From: an uncultured Eubacteriales bacterium
GTDB lineage: Bacteria > Bacillota > Clostridia > Christensenellales > CAG-138
Direction of reading: 5' to 3'
NCBI GenBank assembly: GCA_902802805.1
Contig: CADCNE010000003.1
Location: forward strand, 14,791 to 78,790
Length of the DNA stretch: 64,000 bases
The notes under the pieces were generated by a model, which saw nothing but the letters and a program-made list of their open reading frames with translations, searched no databases and was not told the origin of the DNA. Position numbers and translations under genes: made by a program. The stretch's first letter is position 1. Every line of letters begins with the position of its first letter. Of this stretch, positions 56,187 to 64,000 are shown one piece after another.

Positions 56187-57017
56187 ATGGAAGAATGCAC
56201 CCATGATTGCGCCAACTGTTCCGCTAACTGCGACAGCCGCGATCCCAAGAGCTTTATCGAACAGCCTCACCCCCTGTCCAGGGTGAAGAAGGTCGTCGCC
56301 GTGCTGAGCGGCAAGGGCGGCGTGGGCAAGTCCCTGGTGACCTCCCTGCTGGCGGTGAACACCCAGCGGGCGGGCTACCGGGCCGCCATTTTGGACGCGG
56401 ACGTGACGGGGCCCTCCATCCCTCAAGCCTTCGGCATCCACGACAAGGCCACCGGCACCGAGGACGCCCTGTTCTCCATGGAGTCTAAGACCGGCATCCA
56501 GATGATGAGCATCAACCTACTCCTGCCGGACGAGACCTCCCCCGTGGTGTGGCGGGGCCCCGTCATCGCGGGCGCGGTGAAGCAGTTCTGGACCGACGTG
56601 GTCTGGAAGGACGTGGACGTGCTGTACGTGGACATGCCCCCGGGCACCGGCGACGTGCCCCTGACCGTCATGCAGTCCCTCCCCGTAGACGGCATCGTGG
56701 TGGTCACCTCCCCCCAGGAGCTGGTGGGCATGATCGTGGAGAAGGCCGTGAAGATGGCGGGGCTTTTGAACATCCCCATCGTGGGCATCGTGGAGAACCT
56801 CAGCTACTTCGAGTGCCCGGACTGTGGCAAGAAGCACTTCCTGTTCGGGGAGAGCCACCTCGAGGAGATCGCCCAGAAGAACGGCATCCCCGAAACCGCC
56901 CGCATCCCCATCTATCCCAAGCTCTCCGCCGCCGTGGACGCGGGGCTCATCGAGCTCTACGAGGGGCCCTGGCTCGATCAGCTGACGGCCTCTCTCCTCA
57001 AAGACGTGGAGGACTGA
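56187..57017 (+). CDS. Mrp/NBP35-family iron-sulfur cluster carrier ATPase
   Basis: Cys-rich N-terminus (CTHDCANCSANC), deviant Walker A SGKGGVGKS and CPDCGK. Confidence 0.85.
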   Translation: MEECTHDCANCSANCDSRDPKSFIEQPHPLSRVKKVVAVLSGKGGVGKSLVTSLLAVNTQRAGYRAAILDADVTGPSIPQAFGIHDKATGTEDALFSMESKTGIQMMSINLLLPDETSPVVWRGPVIAGAVKQFWTDVVWKDVDVLYVDMPPGTGDVPLTVMQSLPVDGIVVVTSPQELVGMIVEKAVKMAGLLNIPIVGIVENLSYFECPDCGKKHFLFGESHLEEIAQKNGIPETARIPIYPKLSAAVDAGLIELYEGPWLDQLTASLLKDVED

Positions 57018-57173
57018 GCTCCTTCGGCGGTTGTATGACGCCCTGAACAGAGGGGCGTGACCCTGTTTTTCCATGATCTGGCGGGGCGGCGGCGGTCGCT
57101 CCGCCCTTTTATGGCAAAATCCGTTTCAAATTTGTGAACTATTGGCCAGGGGATGGCCGCCGGATGCAGAACG

Positions 57174-57182
57174 TGCTATGAT
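57174..57182 (+). promoter_or_regulatory. possible extended -10 promoter TGcTATGAT. The ATG at 57190 follows 7 nt later, so the mRNA may be leaderless.
   Basis: gtgcTATGATgtaggctATG. No -35 element is evident. Confidence 0.3.
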
Positions 57183-57259
57183 GTAGGCTATGGAAACTGT
57201 CGAAAAACAACCGATCACGGAGGAGACTGCCGCTCCCAGGAAAAAGGGGCGGTCGGTGC

Positions 57260-59209
57260 TTGTGGGTGTATCACGGCGTCACGCCCGTGGTCTACGGGGA
57301 GTATGGCCTGGGCGTGCCCACCGCCAGCGCTTTCTGCGACGCCGAGGACGCCGTCGTGGTGGCGGACGAGGACGCCGGGACTGTTGGTCGGCATGTGGTG
57401 AAGGTCATCGCCGGGGTCCGGGTGGTGCCCTGCCTGTTGATCGTGGAGGACACCACGGCTCCCGCCGCGGAGCCGGTGACGCTGGAGTTCCCCTCGGGCT
57501 ACGAGCCCGGGCCGGACGAATTCATCAGGGACCTCCGGGACGCGGACCGGGTGGCCGTCAGCTTCGCGGGGACCTATGACTTCTCCCCCGCCGGGGAGCA
57601 GCCCGTGACCATCCATCTCGAAGACGGTGCCGGCAACCAGAGCGAGGTACATGCCGCCGCCGTCGTCCGCGCCACGGTGGACCGGGTGACCCTGGAGGCG
57701 GGCAGCGACGTGCCCACCGTGGAGCCCTTCCTGACCGAGGGCTTTCACGGGGAGCTGATGGACGCCATCACGGAGGAGATGATGGTCACGCCCGGGGAGT
57801 ACGCCCTGAACGTGAAGTGCCCGGAAAACGGCCGGGTATTCCCCACCATTTTGGAGGTCCGGGACACGGTGGCCCCCACCGGCGCCGGCCAGTTTCTGAT
57901 CCTTGCGCCCGGCGCCCAGGCGGCGTCCGAAGCCTTTTTGACGGAATCCGCCGATGAAACGGCGTTGACCTATTCCTTTGCCGTGGCCCCCGACCCCGAC
58001 AGCCGGGAGATCCAGGATATCGCCGTCCGCATCACCGACGCCGGCGGCAACAGCGTGGACGTGCCCGCCCAGGTCCTCTATTCCTCCTTCGGCGAAGTGA
58101 CCGTGGAGGCCAAGAACGGGTTCCTCACGGGCACCGACCTGGGCCGTCCCGAGACCATACCGGAGGTGTTCCGTGCCAACGTGCCCGGCACCTATTTTAT
58201 CCGGGTCCGGGTGGACGGAGGCACCGAGATCGCCCGGGTGACGCTGGTGGACACCACCGGCCCCGCCCTCACGGCGAAGGAGGGCTCCTTCTACACCTGC
58301 CATGAGTATGCCCCCGAGGACCTGGTGGAAGTCGAAGACGTGACCGGAGCCACCCTCTCCTTCGCGGAGGCCCCCGATCCGACCAACGACCAGCCCCAGA
58401 CCTTCTCCGTCCGGGCGGTGGACGGCGCGGGCAACGAGACCGTTTCCGCCTTCCCCCTGACCCTCCTGGTGGACACCACGCCGCCGACCCTCTATGGGGT
58501 GACGAACGTGGGCGGCTACGTGGGGGAGCCCATCGCCTACTTCAAGGAGGCCTACGCCGAGGACGACGTGGACGGTCGGGTGGAGATGGTCGTGGAGAGC
58601 GAAGTGATCCTCTCCCGGAAGGGCAAGTATACCGTCACCTACACCGCCACGGACAAGAGCGGCAACACCGCCTCCAAGAGCTGCACCTATACCCTGGTGG
58701 AGCCCGCGGTCACCAACGCGGAGGTCCGCAAGATGGCCCAGGGCGTCCTCAGGGAGATCATCACCAAGGATATGGTCACCGCCGAAAAGCTGAAGGCCGT
58801 CTTCGACTACGTCCGGGGCCGCGTCCACTACACCGGCGTGTCCAACAAGACCGACTGGCGGCTGGAGGCCATCCGCGGCAACACGGAAGGCAAGGGCGAC
58901 TGCTTCACCGTCTACTGTCTGAGCCGTTCCCTGCTGGACGAGCTGAAGATCCCCTACATGAGCGTGACCCGCCGGGGCGGCTCCACCCGCCACTACTGGC
59001 TTATCGTGAACATCGGCACCGGCTGGTATCATTTCGATCCCCTGAAGACCCGGGTCCACAGGTATTCCTGCTTCATGTGGACCACCAAGCAGTGCCTGGC
59101 CAAGCCCTATTTCTGGCGCTTCTACGAGGAGAACTATCCGCCCATCGCCACGGAGCCCTTCGACTACGACACCGTGGTGCAGCTGGAAAAAGAGGGAAAG
59201 CTGCCGTAA
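57260..59209 (+). CDS. surface protein with four Ig-like (DUF5011/HYR-like) modules and a C-terminal transglutaminase-like cysteine protease core
   Basis: Modules begin DTTAPAA, DTVAPTG, DTTGPAL and DTTPPTL. The C-terminal Cys-His-Asp core is GKGDCFTVYC...RHYWLIVNIGTGWYHFDP. The start is ambiguous: TTG at 57260, or ATG at 57190 in another frame. Confidence 0.75.
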   Translation: MWVYHGVTPVVYGEYGLGVPTASAFCDAEDAVVVADEDAGTVGRHVVKVIAGVRVVPCLLIVEDTTAPAAEPVTLEFPSGYEPGPDEFIRDLRDADRVAVSFAGTYDFSPAGEQPVTIHLEDGAGNQSEVHAAAVVRATVDRVTLEAGSDVPTVEPFLTEGFHGELMDAITEEMMVTPGEYALNVKCPENGRVFPTILEVRDTVAPTGAGQFLILAPGAQAASEAFLTESADETALTYSFAVAPDPDSREIQDIAVRITDAGGNSVDVPAQVLYSSFGEVTVEAKNGFLTGTDLGRPETIPEVFRANVPGTYFIRVRVDGGTEIARVTLVDTTGPALTAKEGSFYTCHEYAPEDLVEVEDVTGATLSFAEAPDPTNDQPQTFSVRAVDGAGNETVSAFPLTLLVDTTPPTLYGVTNVGGYVGEPIAYFKEAYAEDDVDGRVEMVVESEVILSRKGKYTVTYTATDKSGNTASKSCTYTLVEPAVTNAEVRKMAQGVLREIITKDMVTAEKLKAVFDYVRGRVHYTGVSNKTDWRLEAIRGNTEGKGDCFTVYCLSRSLLDELKIPYMSVTRRGGSTRHYWLIVNIGTGWYHFDPLKTRVHRYSCFMWTTKQCLAKPYFWRFYEENYPPIATEPFDYDTVVQLEKEGKLP

Positions 59210-59245
59210 CGCATAAAAACCGACCGTTCGGGACATACAGATATC

Positions 59246-60790
59246 ATGGAAGAAAAGATGCAATCAGCGGCCTCTCCCAAAAGAGGCCGCCGGCTTATAT
59301 TGTGGTGTCTCCTCGCATTGGTCCTTCTCGGCCTGGCGCTGGGAGGGCGCTTTATTGTGCGCCTGCTGACCCGGCCTGAGACCCTGTTCGCGGCCGCCAC
59401 CCCCGTACCCACGGCCACGCCCGACCTGAGCTCGCCGGTCTTCCCCGTGGAGGACGTGCCCGCTTCGACGCCCGCGGCTGAGCCCGGCACGCTGGTCCGC
59501 TCCAACATCCTGAACGTCATGCTCATGGGCATCGACGCCTATGAGAACGGGGGCACCACCAGCGGCACCATGCCCCATACGGACGTGATGATGGTCATCG
59601 CCGTCAACTTCGATGATGACACCGTGGACCTCATCACCCTGCCCCGGGACATCATGACCACGGCTCCGGACCATTACGGCATCTACAAGCTCAACGGCGT
59701 GTTCAACGTGGGTCTGGGGGGCTGGACTAAACCCAGCGGAGCAGCCGACGAGCTGGCGGACGGGTTCCTCCTCACCTGCCGGGCCGCCGAGCAGTGGCTG
59801 GGCGGGATCTCCATCCCCTACTATTACGCCGTGGACTTCCAGGCGGTCATCGACATGGTGGACGCCATCGGCGGCATCGACTACGACGTGGACCAGCCCT
59901 TCACCGCCATGAGCGGGAAGAAGACGTATAAGAAGGGGGTGCAGCACCTCGACGGGGACGCGGTCCTGGGGTACCTGCGCATCCGCCAGGCGGCGGACGG
60001 CCTGGACAGCTCCCGCACCGCCCGGCAGCGGCGGATGATGGTGGCCATCTTCGATAAATTGAAAAATGAGGGGAAGCTCAGTCAGATACCCGCCCTCATC
60101 GCCGCGGCGAACAGCGGCGTCTACACCAACACCACCCTCGTCCAGACCACGGCTCTGGTGAACTATGCCCTGAAGCTGGGGAGCAACCGCATCCGGACCC
60201 GGGCCATGTTCGGGGAGATCGGAAAGATCGAGTTCGACTGGCGGTATGTGTACGTGGACCAGCAGAACCGGATCGACCTCATTCGGGAGGTCTACGGCAT
60301 CGAGGCCGAGCCCATGGGCATCGACACCCGCCAGTACGAGCGCTGGCTCCACAGCGCGGGCTTCTCCGCCATGAAGTATATGCGCCAGGCGGAGAAGGTC
60401 CTTCGTACGGTCCGGGAACGGAAGGAGGGGGACGAAGCCTTCACCGAGGAGCAGATCGCCCTGTACGGCGACTGCTACCGGGCCTATACCGCCCTCAAAA
60501 ACGGCTTTGACGAGGCGACCGCCACCCTGACGCCCCTGTACGCGGCGGCCCCCTGGCGGGAGAAGAAGGGCGACAGCAAGGGCTGGACCCAGGAGCAGAA
60601 GGACCGGGATAGGGAGCTCACCGCCCGGGAAAAGGAGATAGAGACCGCCCTGAAGGACCTCAAGTCCGCCGCGAAGGACGCCACGGTGCGCCTCGCCGAC
60701 GCCATCGGCGTGAAGGGCCTCACCTGGACCGTGCGGGACAAGTGGTACAACGATCCGGACATCAACGAGGTCATCGTGCATTTCGGCTGA
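59246..60790 (+). CDS. LytR-CpsA-Psr (LCP) family cell-wall glycopolymer transferase with an extended C-terminal domain
   Basis: N-terminal TM helix (LILWCLLALVLLGLALGG) and LCP core NVMLMGIDAY...HTDVMMVIAVNFDDDTVDLITLPRD. Confidence 0.85.
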   Translation: MEEKMQSAASPKRGRRLILWCLLALVLLGLALGGRFIVRLLTRPETLFAAATPVPTATPDLSSPVFPVEDVPASTPAAEPGTLVRSNILNVMLMGIDAYENGGTTSGTMPHTDVMMVIAVNFDDDTVDLITLPRDIMTTAPDHYGIYKLNGVFNVGLGGWTKPSGAADELADGFLLTCRAAEQWLGGISIPYYYAVDFQAVIDMVDAIGGIDYDVDQPFTAMSGKKTYKKGVQHLDGDAVLGYLRIRQAADGLDSSRTARQRRMMVAIFDKLKNEGKLSQIPALIAAANSGVYTNTTLVQTTALVNYALKLGSNRIRTRAMFGEIGKIEFDWRYVYVDQQNRIDLIREVYGIEAEPMGIDTRQYERWLHSAGFSAMKYMRQAEKVLRTVRERKEGDEAFTEEQIALYGDCYRAYTALKNGFDEATATLTPLYAAAPWREKKGDSKGWTQEQKDRDRELTAREKEIETALKDLKSAAKDATVRLADAIGVKGLTWTVRDKWYNDPDINEVIVHFG

Positions 60791-60807
60791 GTTTCGGACG
60801 TTTTTTC

Positions 60808-60837
60808 TTGACAACGTCCTCGATCGCATTGTATGGT
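60808..60837 (+). promoter_or_regulatory. possible promoter TTGACA-18 nt-(TG)TATGGT for the Na/Pi cotransporter gene
   Basis: TTGACA at 60808-60813 and tgTATGGT at 60830-60837. The -35 sits in the loop of the hairpin ggacgtt...aacgtcc. Confidence 0.35.
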
Positions 60838-60881
60838 TATATTAGGAAAATGTCGGGATCACCAAACGATCGAGGTTTTTT

Positions 60882-62855
60882 ATGAATATATTCAACGTGA
60901 TCTCCCTGCTGGGCGGTCTTGCGATGTTCCTGTACGGCATGCGCCTCATGGGGGACGCCCTGAAGCAAAACTCTTCCGGCACCCTGAAGGCGGCCATGGG
61001 GAAGGTGACGGACAACCCCCTGAAGGCCTTTATCCTGGGTGTGCTGGTCACCGCCCTCATCCAGAGCTCCACGGCCACCATCGTCATCACCGCCGGCCTC
61101 GTGGGCGCGGGCATCCTCACCTTGCACCAGAGCCTGGGCATCATCATCGGCGCCAACGTGGGCACCACGGTCACAGGCCAGATCATTCGTCTCTTGGACA
61201 TCGACGCCTCCGGCACCAGCTTCCTCCGCTTCTTCCAGCCTTCCACATTGGCCCCCATCGCCCTCATCATCGGCATCGTGCTCATCATGGGGAGCTTCTT
61301 CAAAAACGCCAAGTCCATCGGCAACATCGCCATCGGCTTCGGCATCCTCTTTTCGGGCCTTCTCAACATGACCGGCGCGGTCAATACGCTGACCGAGTCG
61401 GGGTTCGTCGAAAAGCTGTTTTCGGGTCTCGGGCAGAGCCCGGTCCTGGGCTACATCACCGGAGCGGGCGTGGCGTTCATGCTCCAAAGCTCCTCGGCCA
61501 CCATCGGTATCCTGCAGGCCTTCTCCGCCACGGGGCTGCTCACCTTCAAGGCCATCTACGCCGTCATCGTGGGCGTGTACCTGGGCGACTGCGTGACCAC
61601 AGCCATCGTCATCTATATCGGCGCCAAGGCGGAGCCCAAGCGGGTGGCCATCATGAACATCCTCTACAACCTGAGCAAATCCGTTCTGGTGCTGGCGGGG
61701 GTGATCGTGGCCCACAAGCTGGGGCTGTTGAACAGCCTCTGGGAAAAGACCGTCAACTCCAGCATCATCGCCAACGCCAACACCATCTTCAACCTGGGCT
61801 GCGCCCTGGCCCTGCTGCCCCTGAGCTCCACCTATGAAAAAATGAGCCGGCGGATCGTGAAGGACGATCCGGTGAAGGAGAGCAAGTTTAAGGACGTGAT
61901 CGAAGCGTTGAACCCGGTGTTCTACAAGACCCCGGCGCTGGCCCTCCAAAGCTGCTACAACCTGCTGCTGACCATTTTCGCCGCCTCCCGCACCAACATC
62001 GAGCGGAGCTTCCGCCTCCTCGAAAAATACGACCCGGCCCTCCACATGGAGATCCAGGCCGATGAGGACGAGATCGACCATATGACCGACCTGGTCAGCA
62101 AATACATGGTCAGCTTCCTGCCCCAGCTGAAGCTCCCCTACCACGTGTCCATCCTGGACCAGTATTATAAGGTCACCTCGGAGTTCGAGCGTCTCGGCGA
62201 CCACGCGGTGAACATCGCCGATCACGCCGCCGCCCTGAAGCGGAACGGCACGGCCTTTTCGCCCCAGGCGCTGTCAGAGCTGGCGGTGCTGGAGAGCGCC
62301 CTCATGAACATCATGGACGAGACGGACCAGACCTTCCGCAAGCGGGACGTAGACGCGGCGGAGCGGATCGAGCCCCTGGTCCAAGTCACCAGAGAGCTCA
62401 TCGCCCTCCTCAAGCGGAACCATCTCAAGCGCATGAGCACCGGCGAGTGCAACGTCTATGCCGACGCCGCCTTCTCCGACCTGATGGTGGAGTTCCGCCG
62501 CATCGGGGCTGTGTGCTCCAACGTGGGCGTTGCCACCATGGTCCGGGTCCATCCGGAGCTGGCCGACCACGAGCATCTTTACTATGAGCGCCTCCACGAG
62601 GGGAACGATCAGGCCTTCAACGCCGCCTACGATCGGGCCCGCCAGCGGTACTTCTCCCTGATGCAGAAGCCCGCCCCGGAGCAGGCCCCGGTCGAACCGG
62701 CGGCGCCGGAGCAGCCCAGGCCGGAGGATGCCGCAGCCCCCGCTCAGCCTGTTCCGGGACCGGAGGCCGAGCCTTCTGCCGAGCTGGAACAGGAGCCCAA
62801 GCTCACCAACGACGATCCGGAGCAGGAAGCCGCGGAGAAGCCCGCCGAGGCGTGA
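60882..62855 (+). CDS. Na/Pi cotransporter family protein with PhoU-like repeats and a P/A/E-rich tail
   Basis: MNIFNVISLLGGLAMFLYGMRLMGDALK, duplicated QSSSAT motifs (IQSSTATIV and LQSSSATIG) and C-terminal PhoU-like helices. Confidence 0.85.
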   Translation: MNIFNVISLLGGLAMFLYGMRLMGDALKQNSSGTLKAAMGKVTDNPLKAFILGVLVTALIQSSTATIVITAGLVGAGILTLHQSLGIIIGANVGTTVTGQIIRLLDIDASGTSFLRFFQPSTLAPIALIIGIVLIMGSFFKNAKSIGNIAIGFGILFSGLLNMTGAVNTLTESGFVEKLFSGLGQSPVLGYITGAGVAFMLQSSSATIGILQAFSATGLLTFKAIYAVIVGVYLGDCVTTAIVIYIGAKAEPKRVAIMNILYNLSKSVLVLAGVIVAHKLGLLNSLWEKTVNSSIIANANTIFNLGCALALLPLSSTYEKMSRRIVKDDPVKESKFKDVIEALNPVFYKTPALALQSCYNLLLTIFAASRTNIERSFRLLEKYDPALHMEIQADEDEIDHMTDLVSKYMVSFLPQLKLPYHVSILDQYYKVTSEFERLGDHAVNIADHAAALKRNGTAFSPQALSELAVLESALMNIMDETDQTFRKRDVDAAERIEPLVQVTRELIALLKRNHLKRMSTGECNVYADAAFSDLMVEFRRIGAVCSNVGVATMVRVHPELADHEHLYYERLHEGNDQAFNAAYDRARQRYFSLMQKPAPEQAPVEPAAPEQPRPEDAAAPAQPVPGPEAEPSAELEQEPKLTNDDPEQEAAEKPAEA

Positions 62856-62886
62856 ACCCGGCAGCCAGGCACATGAAGGAGGCCCC

Positions 62887-64000
62887 ATGAACAGAACGCC
62901 CTTCTACGAGCAGGTCAGAGACCGGCTCCTTCGCTATGCCCGTGTGGACACCCAGTCCGCCCGCACGAGCGACACCGTGCCCACCACGAAAAAGCAATTT
63001 GATCTCGCGTATATGCTGCGGGACGAGCTCAATGAGATCGGCGCGGCGGACGTGTGGCTGGACGAGGAAAAATGCGTGCTGTACGCGTCCATCCCGGCCA
63101 CCGTGTCCGGGGCTATGGCCTTCGGCCTGGTGACCCACATGGACACGGCACCCGACGCCCCCGGCGCGAATTGCCAGCCCTGGGTCCTTATGGACTATGA
63201 CGGCGGGGACATCCTGCTGAACGGGGAGAAGGGCATCGTCATGAGCCCCAAAGAGTTCCCGAACCTCAAAAACTACATCGGCCAGGACCTGATCCTCACC
63301 GACGGCACCACGCTGCTGGGCGGCGACGACAAGGCCGCCATCGCCGCGGTCATGACCATGGCGGAGCACCTTCTCAAGCATCCTGAGATCCCCCACGGAC
63401 GGATCGCCCTGGGATTCACCCCCGATGAGGAGGTGGGGGGCCTGGCCCGTGACCTGGACCTTGAACGCTTCGGGGCGAAGGTGGCCTACACCCTGGACGG
63501 GGACTATCTGGGCTACTACGAGGACGAGACCTTCAACGCCTCCCACGCCACGCTGACCCTTCGGGGCCGCAGCGTCCACACCGGCACGGCCAAGGGGATC
63601 ATGATCAACGCCGGGGACATGGCGGCGGAGTTCGTGTCCCTGCTGCCGCCGCTCGATAAGCCCCAGTTTACCGAGGGCCGGGAGGGGTTCTTCCACCTCG
63701 TTTCCATCCAGGCAGCGGTGGAGCAGGCCCAGGTGGACATCATCATCCGGGACCACGACCCCATTATCTTCGCCCGCCGGGAACAGCTCCTCCGTGACTT
63801 GGCGGCCCGGCTCGGTGAGAAATACGGCGCCGACCGGGTGAGCCTCACCATCACCCCCACCTACCGGAACATGAAGGAGGTGGTGGATCGGTATCCCTTC
63901 CTGATCGAGCATTTGACAGAAGCTATCCGCCTCGCGGGCCTGACGCCCCAAAGCATCGCCTTTCGGGGCGGCACGGACGGCTCCGCCCTCAGCCACCGGG
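62887..64000 (+). CDS. pepT: peptidase T (tripeptide aminopeptidase), 3' end outside the window
   Basis: ATG at 62887 after a GAAGGAGG RBS. My own translation gives MNRTPFYEQVRDRLLRYARVDTQS...HMDTAPD...LLGGDDKAAIAAVM...FTPDEEVG...FRGGTDGS. The ORF is absent from the track because it has no stop in the window. Confidence 0.85.
   Translation, partial: MNRTPFYEQVRDRLLRYARVDTQSARTSDTVPTTKKQFDLAYMLRDELNEIGAADVWLDEEKCVLYASIPATVSGAMAFGLVTHMDTAPDAPGANCQPWVLMDYDGGDILLNGEKGIVMSPKEFPNLKNYIGQDLILTDGTTLLGGDDKAAIAAVMTMAEHLLKHPEIPHGRIALGFTPDEEVGGLARDLDLERFGAKVAYTLDGDYLGYYEDETFNASHATLTLRGRSVHTGTAKGIMINAGDMAAEFVSLLPPLDKPQFTEGREGFFHLVSIQAAVEQAQVDIIIRDHDPIIFARREQLLRDLAARLGEKYGADRVSLTITPTYRNMKEVVDRYPFLIEHLTEAIRLAGLTPQSIAFRGGTDGSALSHR

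Overview
This 64-kb window looks like the chromosome of a high-GC Gram-positive anaerobe, probably Clostridia/Oscillospiraceae-like. That assignment is inferred from gene content (AddAB, ECF S-component, PT-linker lipoproteins) and was not checked by any search. Most of the window is housekeeping: murA, ftsH, plsC-type acyltransferases, thpR-addB-addA-rRNA methyltransferase, an ECF sigma/anti-sigma pair, ispE, rlmH, uvrB, holA, ftsA-ftsZ, comEC, cobB, mrp, an LCP protein, a Na/Pi transporter and pepT (3' partial). Four things stand out.

1. **Three AT-rich patches in a GC-rich background.**
   - A ~2.5-kb island (6.85-9.4 kb) is bracketed by a 13-bp direct repeat. It carries a membrane-tethered XRE regulator and an orphan anchored protein.
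   - The target-recognition part of an MmeI-family Type IIL restriction-modification gene is AT-rich.
   - The N-terminal half of a 701-aa secreted protein is AT-rich.
2. **An MmeI-like enzyme sits 10 nt upstream of a DEDDh exonuclease.** This is my best candidate for an undescribed defence-type module.
3. **Several families of intergenic hairpin repeats.** One is a three-hairpin module present twice, with an exact 54-nt core and compensatory changes elsewhere.
4. **Four, possibly five, single-site reading-frame breaks**, in ftsH, uvrB, ftsZ, a giant Pro/Thr-rich surface protein and possibly a transglutaminase-like gene. Two of them (ftsH, ftsZ) can be repaired at short homopolymer runs. These most likely flag consensus indel errors and need read-level checking.

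No rRNA, tRNA, CRISPR array, integrase or transposase was recognised. All product calls come from motif recognition by eye and no database search was run.
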